Shown here: piece by piece, positions 45,451 to 57,553 of the stretch
Layout: each line of letters opens with the position of its first letter
Numbering within the stretch: the first letter of the stretch is position 1
IMG/VR virus record: IMGVR_UViG_3300032265_002598
Span: 1 to 64,000 of that record
Direction: 5' to 3' (one strand)
Length of the DNA: 64,000 nt
From: a virus
Taxonomy: Duplodnaviria; Caudoviricetes
Position numbers and translations under genes: made by a program
Notes under the pieces: generated by a model
The model's database searches: none
Told to the model about the DNA's origin: nothing
Seen by the model: the letters and a program-made list of their open reading frames with translations, nothing else

Positions 45451-46461
45451 ATGTCAGTTAACACAAAAGCATTTAAACCAACACCCGAACTAACAGATCT
45501 TCTCGTTCGTTCAGGTTCACCAAATAGAGAAGTAGCCTTAGCTGCTAACTCTGAGTTTGCCAAAGCTCTAGAGCTACCACTAAGACAAGGTCTCTTGAGT
45601 GGTGATATTCTTGATGGTATTTTCGAGCCAATTCAACTTGCTCAAAGTGCCACTCCAGAATTTCCACTCGATTTCCTTGCTCCTGGCACGGAAAAAGACT
45701 TTGTGGCCTACACTGTTCCTAACCACGGTTATATTCCAGAGCGTCACGTTGAAGGCGATTACGTCATGGTTCCAACCTATGACATCGGCGCCTCAATTGA
45801 CTACCTCCTAAAATATGCTCGTGATGCTCGCTGGGACGTTGTTGGTCGCGCAATGGAAGTACTAGAAGGTTCATTTGTTAAGAAGATGAATGATGATGGT
45901 TGGCACACATTGCTAGCTGCTGGTGTTGACCGCAACATTGTTGTTTATGACAGCGATGCCTCAAGTGGTCTTTTCACCAAGCGTCTAGTAAGTCTCATGA
46001 AGACAGTTATGCGTCGTAACGGCGGCGGTAACAGTGCTTCTAACAATCGTGGCTTGCTAACAGATCTTTATGTTTCACCAGAGTCAATGGAAGATATCCG
46101 TAGTTGGGGTATCGATCAAGTTGACGAAGTTACTCGTAGAGAAATCTATACAGCTGCTGACGGCACACTAAACCGTGTTTTCAGTATTAATCTTCATGAT
46201 CTTGACGAACTAGGTGAAGGCCAAGAGTATCAACTATTCTATAGTAATGTACTCAGTGGTAGTTTACCAACTGGTAAGAATGAAATTATTGTTGGTCTTG
46301 ATCTACGCAAGAGAGACAGTTTCATAATGCCAGTTCGTGAACAAGTCCAGGTCTTTGAAGACGATACACTACATCGTCAGAAGAGAGCTGGTTTCTATGG
46401 TTGGGCCGAACAGGGCTTCGCTGTTCTAGACAACCGCAGAGTTCTACTCGGCGCTCTATAA
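45451..46461 (+). CDS. major capsid protein
   Basis: 336 aa after scaffold/decoration gene, GGGAG RBS, followed by strong terminator; HK97-like layout. Confidence 0.85.
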   Translation: MSVNTKAFKPTPELTDLLVRSGSPNREVALAANSEFAKALELPLRQGLLSGDILDGIFEPIQLAQSATPEFPLDFLAPGTEKDFVAYTVPNHGYIPERHVEGDYVMVPTYDIGASIDYLLKYARDARWDVVGRAMEVLEGSFVKKMNDDGWHTLLAAGVDRNIVVYDSDASSGLFTKRLVSLMKTVMRRNGGGNSASNNRGLLTDLYVSPESMEDIRSWGIDQVDEVTRREIYTAADGTLNRVFSINLHDLDELGEGQEYQLFYSNVLSGSLPTGKNEIIVGLDLRKRDSFIMPVREQVQVFEDDTLHRQKRAGFYGWAEQGFAVLDNRRVLLGAL

Positions 46462-46489
46462 TATCTAGTTACTAGATAAGATTAAAATT

Positions 46490-46528
46490 AGAAGGGTCCA
46501 GTAAATAAATTACTGGCCCTTCTTTTTT
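46490..46528 (+). terminator. intrinsic terminator after capsid operon
   Basis: AGAAGGG-CCAGTAA/TTACTGG-CCCTTCT-TTTTT. Confidence 0.9.
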
Positions 46529-46625
46529 ATATCTATAGTGTAGTTTAAGGTTAAGGTGTATCTATATAATAGATATTCCAGATTTAATTATACTTGGCCA
46601 ACCATAAATCTTAAGGGCCTAAAAC

Positions 46626-47033
46626 ATGGCAGCAGGTAAATATGACTTTGCTATAGAACAAGGAACCTCTTTTAGAATATCTTTTATCTATAAAGACACA
46701 AATGGAAATCCTATAAATTTAACTGGATGGTGTGCTAGATTAATATGGAAAACTAATCTAAGTACAATACAAACATTTAATTCTCATAATACTGATTATA
46801 GTTTATACAAATTTACTATAGATGAACCAAATGGAAAACTAACTTTACTTATACCAGCTACAACAACTAATGGATTTAATTTTAATACGGCTAAATATGA
46901 TGTAGAGCTACAATCTCCAGATGAACTATATGCTAATGGAGGAGGAAAGTATTTAACTCGTATTCTTTTTGGTACGATTACAGTTGTTAAACGATTTAGT
47001 CAATCATCTAACATATTGGATTGTCAAATATGA
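46626..47033 (+). CDS. virion structural/adaptor protein, paralog of 60395..60835
   Basis: YDFAIEQGTSF...NLTGWCARL...YDVELQ. Confidence 0.7.
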   Translation: MAAGKYDFAIEQGTSFRISFIYKDTNGNPINLTGWCARLIWKTNLSTIQTFNSHNTDYSLYKFTIDEPNGKLTLLIPATTTNGFNFNTAKYDVELQSPDELYANGGGKYLTRILFGTITVVKRFSQSSNILDCQI

Positions 47034-47293
47034 GTGATTTTATAGTTGAAATTACAGATACAGATACTAGTATTATTGAAATTGAAACTAGCTATACAGA
47101 TAATGTAAATAATATTGATATTGAAAGATATGAAATTTATAATGTAGATATTATTAACACTGAAAAAATACTACCAAGCGACTTGCCAGATACATATTCT
47201 ATGAATAAAATTATTGGTGATTTATCAGTATATAGAATCTCTGGACTTAACGATTATTTAAACCATTATACTTTTGATTGTGGTACCCCATAA
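47021..47293 (+). CDS. hypothetical virion protein
   Basis: Ends FDCGTP. Confidence 0.65.
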   Translation: MSNMSDFIVEITDTDTSIIEIETSYTDNVNNIDIERYEIYNVDIINTEKILPSDLPDTYSMNKIIGDLSVYRISGLNDYLNHYTFDCGTP

Positions 47294-47316
47294 CTTTTAA
47301 ATGAAGGTCTATAAAC

Positions 47317-48882
47317 ATGCCAGCACTAACTAGAATACAACTCAGAAGAGGCACTGCGGGAGTGGGGTCTTATCAATGGACCAGTCAAGTTCTATATGCT
47401 GGAGAAATTGGTTATGAAACTGATACAGGAAAATTTAAGGTGGGTGATGGATCAACAATATGGTCATCCTTACCCTATGCTGCTGTTCTTCCTTCAGAAC
47501 TAAATGAGAGTATTGATGATAGAGTAGATGCTCTAGTGGTTGCTGGTACTGGTATTGTTAAGTCATATAATGACTCTGCTAATACTCTTACATTGTCAAG
47601 TCCTTTAAGTGCTGGTAGTGGTATTGTTTTAGGTTATAGTAGTGGTACTTATACTATTAGTGTTAGTAATCCTACTATTGATTCTACCTTGGTTACGGAC
47701 TTTAGTGAAGCAGTTGACGATAGAGTGGCAGCTTTATTATTCGCGGGATCAAATATTCAATTAATATATAATGACTCTGGTAATTCTTTATCAGTTGCTG
47801 TTACTGGAGTTAGTTTGCCTGGACATACTCATACAGCATCTAATATTACGGATTTTAATACAGCAGTAAGAACCAACACACTAGATCAACTATCTGCTCC
47901 AACCTCTTCTGTTTCTTTAAATAGTCAAAAAATTACTAATCTTGCTACCCCAACAAGCGACACCGATGCTGCTACAAAAGCATATGTAGATGCTCTAAAG
48001 CAAGGATTGGACGTTAAACAAAGTGTTAGAGCAGCTACAACTGCTAATATTACTTTAAGTGGCACCCAAACCATAGATGGTGTTGCATTATCTGTTGGAG
48101 ATAGAGTTTTGGTTAAAGATCAAACAATAGCTAGTTTTAATGGTATTTATGTCGTAGCAGCTAGTACATGGTCACGAGATACTGATGCAGATGCTAGCTC
48201 TAAAATTACCGCTGGTATGTTTACCTTTGTTGCTGAAGGAACAACCAACTCAGATTCTGGATGGGTACTAACAACTAATGATTCTATTGTTTTAGGAACA
48301 ACATCTTTAACATTTTCTCAATTTAGTGGAGCTGGCCAAATTACTGCTGGTTCTGGTCTTACCAAAACTGGCAATACTATAGATATTGGTACAGCTAGTT
48401 CAAGCAGAATTGTAGTTAATGCAGACAGTATTGATCTTGCAACAGTTTCCCAAAGTAATTCTAGCGGTTCTGGTTCTTCTGTTATTCAAAGTGTTTCGGT
48501 GGATGCTTATGGACGAGTAACAGGAGTAGTTAGTGGATCAATAAGCGTTGTTGATGCCACATCATCTACTAAAGGTATTGCGACTTTTGATATTGGTGAT
48601 TTTCTAGTTACTAGCGGCAATGTAACAATTAAAACTGCTGGTGTGGATAATGCTCAGTTAGCTAATAGCTCAGTTACTGTTGGGTCCACATCTATTTCTT
48701 TGGGTGCATCAGCTACAACTTTGGCTGGATTATCATCAGTAACTAGCACATCCTTTACCGGGGCTTTGACTGGTAATGCTAGTAGCGCAACAGCACTCCA
48801 GACTGCTCGTACTATCAACGGGACTAGTTTTGATGGGACAGCAAATATTACCATATCATCAATTGACGGTGGAACTCCCTGA
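47317..48882 (+). CDS. fibre protein with Mtd-like N-terminal domain
   Basis: RIQLRRGTA...GEIGYETDTGKFKVGDG..WSSLPY; DAATKAYVD; ends IDGGTP. Confidence 0.85.
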   Translation: MPALTRIQLRRGTAGVGSYQWTSQVLYAGEIGYETDTGKFKVGDGSTIWSSLPYAAVLPSELNESIDDRVDALVVAGTGIVKSYNDSANTLTLSSPLSAGSGIVLGYSSGTYTISVSNPTIDSTLVTDFSEAVDDRVAALLFAGSNIQLIYNDSGNSLSVAVTGVSLPGHTHTASNITDFNTAVRTNTLDQLSAPTSSVSLNSQKITNLATPTSDTDAATKAYVDALKQGLDVKQSVRAATTANITLSGTQTIDGVALSVGDRVLVKDQTIASFNGIYVVAASTWSRDTDADASSKITAGMFTFVAEGTTNSDSGWVLTTNDSIVLGTTSLTFSQFSGAGQITAGSGLTKTGNTIDIGTASSSRIVVNADSIDLATVSQSNSSGSGSSVIQSVSVDAYGRVTGVVSGSISVVDATSSTKGIATFDIGDFLVTSGNVTIKTAGVDNAQLANSSVTVGSTSISLGASATTLAGLSSVTSTSFTGALTGNASSATALQTARTINGTSFDGTANITISSIDGGTP

Positions 48883-48901
48883 TTTTAATTAGGATTATTT
48901 A

Positions 48902-49618
48902 ATGAGCAGAATTACTAATATACAGATTAGAAAAGGAACATCAACAGAATGGAGTTCTGCTAATCCAGTATTAGCTAGTGGCGAGCCAGGATATGATATT
49001 ACAAATAAAAGTTTAAAGATAGGTGATGGATCTACGACTTGGTCAAGTTTAAGTAGTATTAATCTATTAACTTCAAATATTACTAATTTTGCTAGTGGCG
49101 TTAATGCTCTTATTGATAATGCTGTTAGCGCAAGTATTGTTGGTGGTAGCGGAGTCGATATCGTATATAGTAGTGGGACAAATACTCTTACTATTAGTAG
49201 TGCTTTAACAGCAGGAAGTGGTATCTTTCTTAGTCAGAATAGTGGTAATTATACTATTTCTTTAAATACTAGTGGTGTTGATAATTCTAAATTAGCTAAT
49301 AGTTCTTTTACTATTGGTTTAACACCAGTTAGTCTTGGTGGAAGTATTACCTCGATATCAGGACTAAGCAGTGTTAGTAGCACATCGTTTGTCGGTGACC
49401 TGACTGGTACTGCTACAAATGCTAATAATATTGAAGTAGATCTTAGTACAAGTAATGTAAATAGTCTTGTATTTGTTAATGGCACAGATGGTAATCTTAA
49501 ACCAAGTGTCAATAATAATCTCAAATTTAATGCATCAAGTAATGAGCTATTTGGTTCATTAAATACAACGCCAACAACAACATTAAAATACTTTACTATA
49601 GATGGTGGAACCCCATAA
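48902..49618 (+). CDS. short fibre protein with Mtd-like N-terminal domain
   Basis: IQIRKGT..EWSSANPVLASGEPGYD...KIGDG; ends IDGGTP. Confidence 0.82.
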   Translation: MSRITNIQIRKGTSTEWSSANPVLASGEPGYDITNKSLKIGDGSTTWSSLSSINLLTSNITNFASGVNALIDNAVSASIVGGSGVDIVYSSGTNTLTISSALTAGSGIFLSQNSGNYTISLNTSGVDNSKLANSSFTIGLTPVSLGGSITSISGLSSVSSTSFVGDLTGTATNANNIEVDLSTSNVNSLVFVNGTDGNLKPSVNNNLKFNASSNELFGSLNTTPTTTLKYFTIDGGTP

Positions 49619-49624
49619 TTAAGG

Positions 49625-50872
49625 TTGTTAATGAAAAACGGTAAATTTTTTATAGTTAATGGGCGACCCAAGACAAAGCCCCCGCAACCGATATCTCCTC
49701 CGCTATCAACCTTGTCGTCAATGACGGTAGGAGGCTGGGGAGATCCTCATATGTATATTACTACTAGTTCTTTAGATTCTAAAAATAGAGTAATTACTAA
49801 AACTATAGCACAATGGGGAGATAATAAACCAGGAACTGCAGGAAATAATGAACTTATCCTATTAGATTTACAAACTTCAACAAATACTATAAAAGTTCTT
49901 TATACAAATAAAGCCTATGGCACTGCTAAAGTTGTTAGTAGTGTTAGAGTGATTTATAACGGCACTTCTACAACATATAATGATACAATTAAATTTACTG
50001 CTGGGCCAGTGAATATAAAAATCTTAAAAATTGTATCTGGAAATAGTGCTTATCTTAATTTTGAAATTAGCTGGTCTGATATTAATAATGTAGTTAAACT
50101 TGGTGGTGCTATAGTTCCTATACTTAAAAGAGTAGCTAGTAGCAACGGAACTTTATGGAATGGTGGAGACGGAGCATTATGGGATGGTTTTGGAAAAGCA
50201 TTAGCTCCTTATGGTTTAACTAGAAGTAGTTTTGAAACTGGTATTAGTATTCAAGCAGTATCAGAAGAATTAATATTATCAGAAAATGAGGCCAGTTTCT
50301 TAACAATTGCAACAGAAAACTTTACTCAAAACAGTAATATTTTTGATAATTTACAAAATCTCGGAGAAAATGGAGAAGGAGATAATGCTAATATTGGAGA
50401 TTGGGATGCTACATACTCTGATATTTTGCCAGTACTTTCTAACCCTATTGGATTAGATGGAGCTATAGACATTGCTATTAGCGGTTCAACAACTACCACA
50501 CCAGCGCCAGGACCTACGTGTTTGTATGCATATACTGGAAGAAATGGCAACGGTGCTCAAAATCACTGGGTATTAATTGGTGGTTCCAGTGCGGGTTGCC
50601 CAAGTGATAAGACCACGGCTTGTTTAACTTTAACTTTTAATCCATGTTTACCAGAACAGGCTGGATGCAATGAAAAATATGGAGAGACTACTGATATTTG
50701 CTCTATTGGTAGCGATGGTTCTGTTAGTAAAGCACCACCGCCAGTAATATCCTATTATTATACTAGCGATGGTTGTACTTCATGTAAAACTTACGGCACA
50801 ACTTATTCAGAATGCCCAGAAGGATACACCCTTTATTCAACTCTCACAGATTGTAACTCTTCACATCCATAA
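49625..50872 (+). CDS. putative virion adhesin
   Basis: GWGDPH (VWD/choice-of-anchor-like start), Thr linker, Cys-rich C-terminus. Confidence 0.55.
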   Translation: MLMKNGKFFIVNGRPKTKPPQPISPPLSTLSSMTVGGWGDPHMYITTSSLDSKNRVITKTIAQWGDNKPGTAGNNELILLDLQTSTNTIKVLYTNKAYGTAKVVSSVRVIYNGTSTTYNDTIKFTAGPVNIKILKIVSGNSAYLNFEISWSDINNVVKLGGAIVPILKRVASSNGTLWNGGDGALWDGFGKALAPYGLTRSSFETGISIQAVSEELILSENEASFLTIATENFTQNSNIFDNLQNLGENGEGDNANIGDWDATYSDILPVLSNPIGLDGAIDIAISGSTTTTPAPGPTCLYAYTGRNGNGAQNHWVLIGGSSAGCPSDKTTACLTLTFNPCLPEQAGCNEKYGETTDICSIGSDGSVSKAPPPVISYYYTSDGCTSCKTYGTTYSECPEGYTLYSTLTDCNSSHP

Positions 50873-50888
50873 TTTAAAGGAAAAACAC

Positions 50889-51488
50889 ATGCAATTAAAT
50901 AATACTATCACAATAACTCCTCCTCCTTTTACTAATAATATTGGACAAATAATAAATCCAACCCCACTAGTTTTAGACAGTTTAGATTTAGTGTTTACTG
51001 ACAATGTAAAAAATAAAACGGTGTCTGTTAACGTGCTTGGTATCCCGGCCACAATTATGCTGTGGTCTGTAGACGAGTATGATTCGTTTGGCGATTGGAC
51101 TCAATCTCAAGCTGAAACTAGGCTTGCTTATTTGTTGGGCGACGATCCAGGAGCAGCATTGCGAGCACTATTTCCAAAAACCCTAGAAGAAGATCCTAAC
51201 GGAGCTGGTACAGTTTTAGCTAAAATGATTAAAAATTTAGGATTTACTATATCAGATAATTGCGCTTGTAAAAAACATGCTTTAGAAATGAATGAGAAAG
51301 GTAATGATTGGTGTGTTGAAAATATTAATACAATTGTTGCTTGGCTCAAAGAAGAAACTAAAAATAGAAATATTGTGTTCATAGATATGGTTGCTAGACT
51401 AATGGTTATGAGAGCTATCAAAAAATCTCGTAAGCTATTAGCAAATGAACCAGTTCCAGAAAATGATGAAGAGTTAGATAATATTTAA
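50889..51488 (+). CDS. hypothetical virion-associated protein
   Basis: Start MQLNN after AAGGA; CACKKHALEMNEKGNDWC domain. Confidence 0.65.
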   Translation: MQLNNTITITPPPFTNNIGQIINPTPLVLDSLDLVFTDNVKNKTVSVNVLGIPATIMLWSVDEYDSFGDWTQSQAETRLAYLLGDDPGAALRALFPKTLEEDPNGAGTVLAKMIKNLGFTISDNCACKKHALEMNEKGNDWCVENINTIVAWLKEETKNRNIVFIDMVARLMVMRAIKKSRKLLANEPVPENDEELDNI

Positions 51489-51512
51489 TTAATATGTGGA
51501 ATTTTAATTTAA

Positions 51513-53160
<1,648 letters not shown>

Positions 53161-53171
<11 letters not shown>

Positions 53172-54039
53172 TAAACTTCTTACCATAGGTATGGCAACAT
53201 ATGATGATTACGATGGGGTATATTTTAGTCTCCAAGCATTAAGAATGTATCAACCAGCCCTTCAATCCATTGATTATGAGTTAATAGTAATTGATAACAA
53301 TCCAGATGGCCCTCACGGTCAAGCTGTAAAAGATCTTTTAACTGGATGGACTAAAGGTAGAGGCAAATATATTCCATATAAAGATCGAACCAGCACAGCG
53401 GTTAGAAACGAAATATTCTCTAATGCTAGTGGCAAATATACTATATCTATGGATTGTCATGTATTGATAGCTAGTGGGGGATTAGAGAAATTATTAGAAT
53501 ATTATAGTCAAAATGAAAATTGTAAAGATATAATTCAGGGGCCATTAATAAATGATGATTTAGAAAGCTATTCCACAGAGTTTGCTCCAGAGTGGCGCGG
53601 AGATATGTATGGAACTTGGCATACTAATAGAGAAGGTTATGAGTCTGGTTTACCTTTTGAAATACAAATGATGGGACTGGGATTATTTTCTTGTGAGACT
53701 AAAAATTGGCCAGGATTTAATCCTCACTTTAAAGGCTTTGGTGCAGAAGAAGGCTATATTCATGAAAAGTTTAGACGCAATGGTGGAAAAGCAATATGTA
53801 TTCCTCAACTCAAGTGGCTTCATAGATTCAATCGTCCCAATGGAGTTAAATATCCTCTAGTTTTAGAAGATAGAATCTGGAACTATTTTGTGGGGTGGTT
53901 AGAGATTAGTCAAGATCCTGATCATTATATGGTGGTTGATGCCTATAATTATTTTAAGACTAGAATACCAGAAGAGAGTTTAGATAATATATTGAATAGA
54001 GCTAAAAAAAGAATTCTTGGTAAAAATAGCCAATTATAA
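53161..54039 (+). CDS. glycosyltransferase family 2
   Basis: LTIGMATYDD, IVIDNNP, ISMDCHV (DxH), FGAEEGYIHEKF. Confidence 0.85.
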
Positions 54040-54118
54040 GACCATTACTTATCTTGCCAACGGGTGTATTAATAATTAAGATAACCTATATACCTCTATA
54101 ATAGGACTATATTTCAAG

Positions 54119-57100
54119 ATGGCTGTAAATAATCTAATAATTTTGAGGAAAGGCACAGCCTCCCAGTGGAATTCGGCTAATCCAGTATTGGCTAGCGGAG
54201 AACCTGGATATGATTTAACTAATCAAATTCTCAAAGTAGGAGATGGAGTTACTGCTTGGAATAGTCTATCTAACCACAGCCACTCTGCTTCAAACATTAG
54301 TGATTTTAATAGTTCTGTTAGTGGACTTTTTCCAGTAAAGAGTATTATTGCTGGGAGTAATATTACTATAAGTTCAACTAGTGGTACATATACCATTAAC
54401 TCGACAGCTAGTGGTGGAGGTGGATCGGCCACATCAATATCAAATTATGGATCTAATAGAGTATTATTATCAGATAATACTTCTACAGGAATTAGTGCCC
54501 AAACTAATTTAACATTCAATGGATCGACACTGTCTGCTCCAAATGGATCATTTTCTACTGCTTTGACAGTTAATAGTGTGAATGTGAGTGTAAGTGGGCA
54601 TAATCATATAATTGGAGATGTTACTGGGTTACAAAGTGCTTTAGACAGTAAACAAGCTACTGGTAGTTATGCGGCAAGTTCTCATACTCATACAGCTTCA
54701 CAGGTTACAGATTTTAATAGTTCAGTAAGTGGGTTAATTAATGGTATTTATGCTCCATTAAGTAGTCCAACTTTTACCGGTGTCCCACTGACCCCTACTG
54801 CATCGAGTGGAACAAATACTAATCAAATAGCATCAACATCTTTTGTAAGAACAGAAATTAGCAATTTAGTAGCATCTGCTCCATCAACACTAGATACTTT
54901 AAATGAGTTAGCAACAGCTTTAGGAAATGATGCTAACTTTTCAACAACTATAGCCTCTGGACTTGGAACAAAAGCTGCTTTAAGTGGATCAACATTTACA
55001 GGGAACATTAGCGCACCAAGCGGTAGTTTTACTTCGTTATCGGTTAGTGGAATTCCTTTACTTAATCGCGGTTATTATTACGAAATCCATGTTAGCCAAG
55101 TAGATGGAAATGATACCACCGGTAATGGTGACTTATTAAATCCAGTTGCATCTATTACCAAAGCATTAACTTTAGTAGGATCTCAACGCAAAACAATTAT
55201 TGTTCATCCCGGTACTTATACTGAAAATCCATCAATAACAGTTCAATATACAACTATAACTGGTCCGGGGCTTATTGGTGGTAATATAGTACTTTCTGGA
55301 ACATTAAGCACAAATACTGGTTGTACAATTGCTGGAATAAAGATGACAAACCTGACCATAGCTACGCCAACTGGTGCAGGAAATGTAAATATTTTAAATT
55401 GTGAGATTTCTGGCACACTTACAAAAAGCAGTAACGCCGACTACACTGTTCTTCGTTTATGTGACTATGGCTCCGCAAGTATTACTGGTGCAGGTTTAGT
55501 TGCTATTTTTGGTGGTAATCCAAATTTTACAACAGTAAATAATGCTAGCGCAAATATAATTATTAAAAGCGCTGTTACTGTGGCTCCAGTTTTAACTTCT
55601 GGAACTTTAAGTCTTGTAGATTCTATAGTAGTTGCTGCTGTGACAAATGCTATCACATCAGCCTCTTCAAGTATCATTACTTTAGCCAACTGTCAAATGC
55701 TAACTTCGGCATTAAGTAGTGTCGCCCCAGTTGTACTAAGTGGATTTTATTCAATATTAAATTGCGTATATGATAAAACAAACTCAACACTAGTAGCATT
55801 GTCTGCAACTGGTGGATCTACAAATTCTATTGATTATTTTCAATATATTAATGCTGACAAATTTATTACTCAAGGGGGAACCTCTTCTGACTATGTAAAG
55901 GGTGATGGATCGTTAGGACTATTACCAAACACTATTGTTTATACAACTGGCAATCAAGCTATTAGTGGAGTTAAAACTTTTAGTGACCTTCCGTTTGTTA
56001 ATGGAACTGGAATTAGTATTAGTGGCCATAATCATATCACTTCTAATATTACAGATTTCAATACTTCTGTAAGTGGATTAGTTAATGGAGTATATGCTCC
56101 ACTTGCTAGTCCTACTTTTACTGGGACTGTAAATGGGATTACTAAAAGTATGGTTGGCTTGGGTAATGTAGATAATACTAGTGATGCTAGCAAGCCTATA
56201 AGCAGTGCTACTCAAACAGCTCTTGATAATAAAGCCGCTATTTCTCATACTCATACTTCATCAAATATTACCGATTTTAATTCTTCTGTTAGTGGATTAG
56301 TTAGTAATTATGCTTTATTAAATAGCCCAACTTTAACAGGAACTCCTCTTTCTCCAACAGCAGCAGTAGACACTAATACTACACAAATTGCTAGTACAGC
56401 ATTTGTTTTGGGGCAAGCTTCATCATCCACTCCTCTGATAGATGGAACTGCCACAATAGGAACTTCTACTAGATATGCCAGGGCAGATCATATACATCCA
56501 ACAGATACAACTAGAGCAGCCCTGACTGGTGCAACATTCACTGGTTCGATATCTTCTCCAAGCGGTAATTTTACTCAAAGTTTACAGGTAAATAGTACAG
56601 GAGTTAGTCTTGTAGGACATACCCACACCTCTAGTCAAATTAGTGATAGTACAACTGCTGGAAGAGCATTATTAACTGGGGCCGATGCTGCTGCTCAGAG
56701 AACTTCTTTAGGTTTGGGTACTTTGGCAACACAAAATGGAACTTTTAGTGGAACTAGTAGTGGAACCAATACTGGCGATCAAACAATTAGCATCAGTGGT
56801 GATGTTACAGCCGCTGGAAGCTCTAGTTCATTAAATGCGACAGTAACAAAAATTAATGGTGTTTTATTAGCAGGACTTAGTACTGGTCTTATTAAGAATA
56901 CAATTAGCACAGGAGCTCCAAGCATTGCTATTGCTGGTACCGATTATGCTGCTGCTAGCCATACTCATACTTCATCTAATATAACTGATTTCAATAGTAG
57001 TGTTAGTGGATTATTACCAGTACTAAATATAGTAGCAGGATCAGGTGTGACCATATCCTCTACTTCTGGAACATACACTCTTAATGCTACTGGTAGTAGT

Positions 57101-57160
57101 AGTATACCTACTAATGTTACTAATAGTGCAAATCTTTACTTATGGTCATCTTTCAGATAG
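54119..57160 (+). CDS. long fibre protein with Mtd-like N-domain and HxH repeats
   Basis: ANPVLASGEPGYD N-terminus; LDTLNELATALGND; about 7 HxH-xxS-ITDFNSSVSGL repeats. Confidence 0.85.
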   Translation: MAVNNLIILRKGTASQWNSANPVLASGEPGYDLTNQILKVGDGVTAWNSLSNHSHSASNISDFNSSVSGLFPVKSIIAGSNITISSTSGTYTINSTASGGGGSATSISNYGSNRVLLSDNTSTGISAQTNLTFNGSTLSAPNGSFSTALTVNSVNVSVSGHNHIIGDVTGLQSALDSKQATGSYAASSHTHTASQVTDFNSSVSGLINGIYAPLSSPTFTGVPLTPTASSGTNTNQIASTSFVRTEISNLVASAPSTLDTLNELATALGNDANFSTTIASGLGTKAALSGSTFTGNISAPSGSFTSLSVSGIPLLNRGYYYEIHVSQVDGNDTTGNGDLLNPVASITKALTLVGSQRKTIIVHPGTYTENPSITVQYTTITGPGLIGGNIVLSGTLSTNTGCTIAGIKMTNLTIATPTGAGNVNILNCEISGTLTKSSNADYTVLRLCDYGSASITGAGLVAIFGGNPNFTTVNNASANIIIKSAVTVAPVLTSGTLSLVDSIVVAAVTNAITSASSSIITLANCQMLTSALSSVAPVVLSGFYSILNCVYDKTNSTLVALSATGGSTNSIDYFQYINADKFITQGGTSSDYVKGDGSLGLLPNTIVYTTGNQAISGVKTFSDLPFVNGTGISISGHNHITSNITDFNTSVSGLVNGVYAPLASPTFTGTVNGITKSMVGLGNVDNTSDASKPISSATQTALDNKAAISHTHTSSNITDFNSSVSGLVSNYALLNSPTLTGTPLSPTAAVDTNTTQIASTAFVLGQASSSTPLIDGTATIGTSTRYARADHIHPTDTTRAALTGATFTGSISSPSGNFTQSLQVNSTGVSLVGHTHTSSQISDSTTAGRALLTGADAAAQRTSLGLGTLATQNGTFSGTSSGTNTGDQTISISGDVTAAGSSSSLNATVTKINGVLLAGLSTGLIKNTISTGAPSIAIAGTDYAAASHTHTSSNITDFNSSVSGLLPVLNIVAGSGVTISSTSGTYTLNATGSSSIPTNVTNSANLYLWSSFR

Positions 57161-57169
57161 GAGTTTATC

Positions 57170-57553
57170 ATGGCAGCTAGTCCAGTTTTCGCAGTTACAC
57201 CAAGAGTTGCAGCAGTTTCAATTGCTACTGCTGATTCTAGTTATACAGCACCTACAAACGTGGGCACTTTAATAACTGGAGCTTCAACAGGAACAAAAAT
57301 CAATGAAATAGTAGTTAAAAATGCAGCAATATCCGCTGCTGCTATTGTTAGAATATTTCTTTATGATGGATCAACATATTGGTTATTTGATGAAATCACC
57401 GTTGCCGCTGCTACAGGTAGCTCAACAGTCCAACAGTCTAGAGTTAGTACATTATATAACAACTTAATTCTTCCTAGTGCTTCTTGGTCTGTGAGAGTCA
57501 CAACCAGTGTTGCACAAGCTACTCATGTGACAGCACTAGGAGCAGATTTGTGA
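57170..57553 (+). CDS. virion structural protein
   Basis: AGGAG RBS; MAASPVFAVTP beta-rich protein. Confidence 0.7.
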   Translation: MAASPVFAVTPRVAAVSIATADSSYTAPTNVGTLITGASTGTKINEIVVKNAAISAAAIVRIFLYDGSTYWLFDEITVAAATGSSTVQQSRVSTLYNNLILPSASWSVRVTTSVAQATHVTALGADL

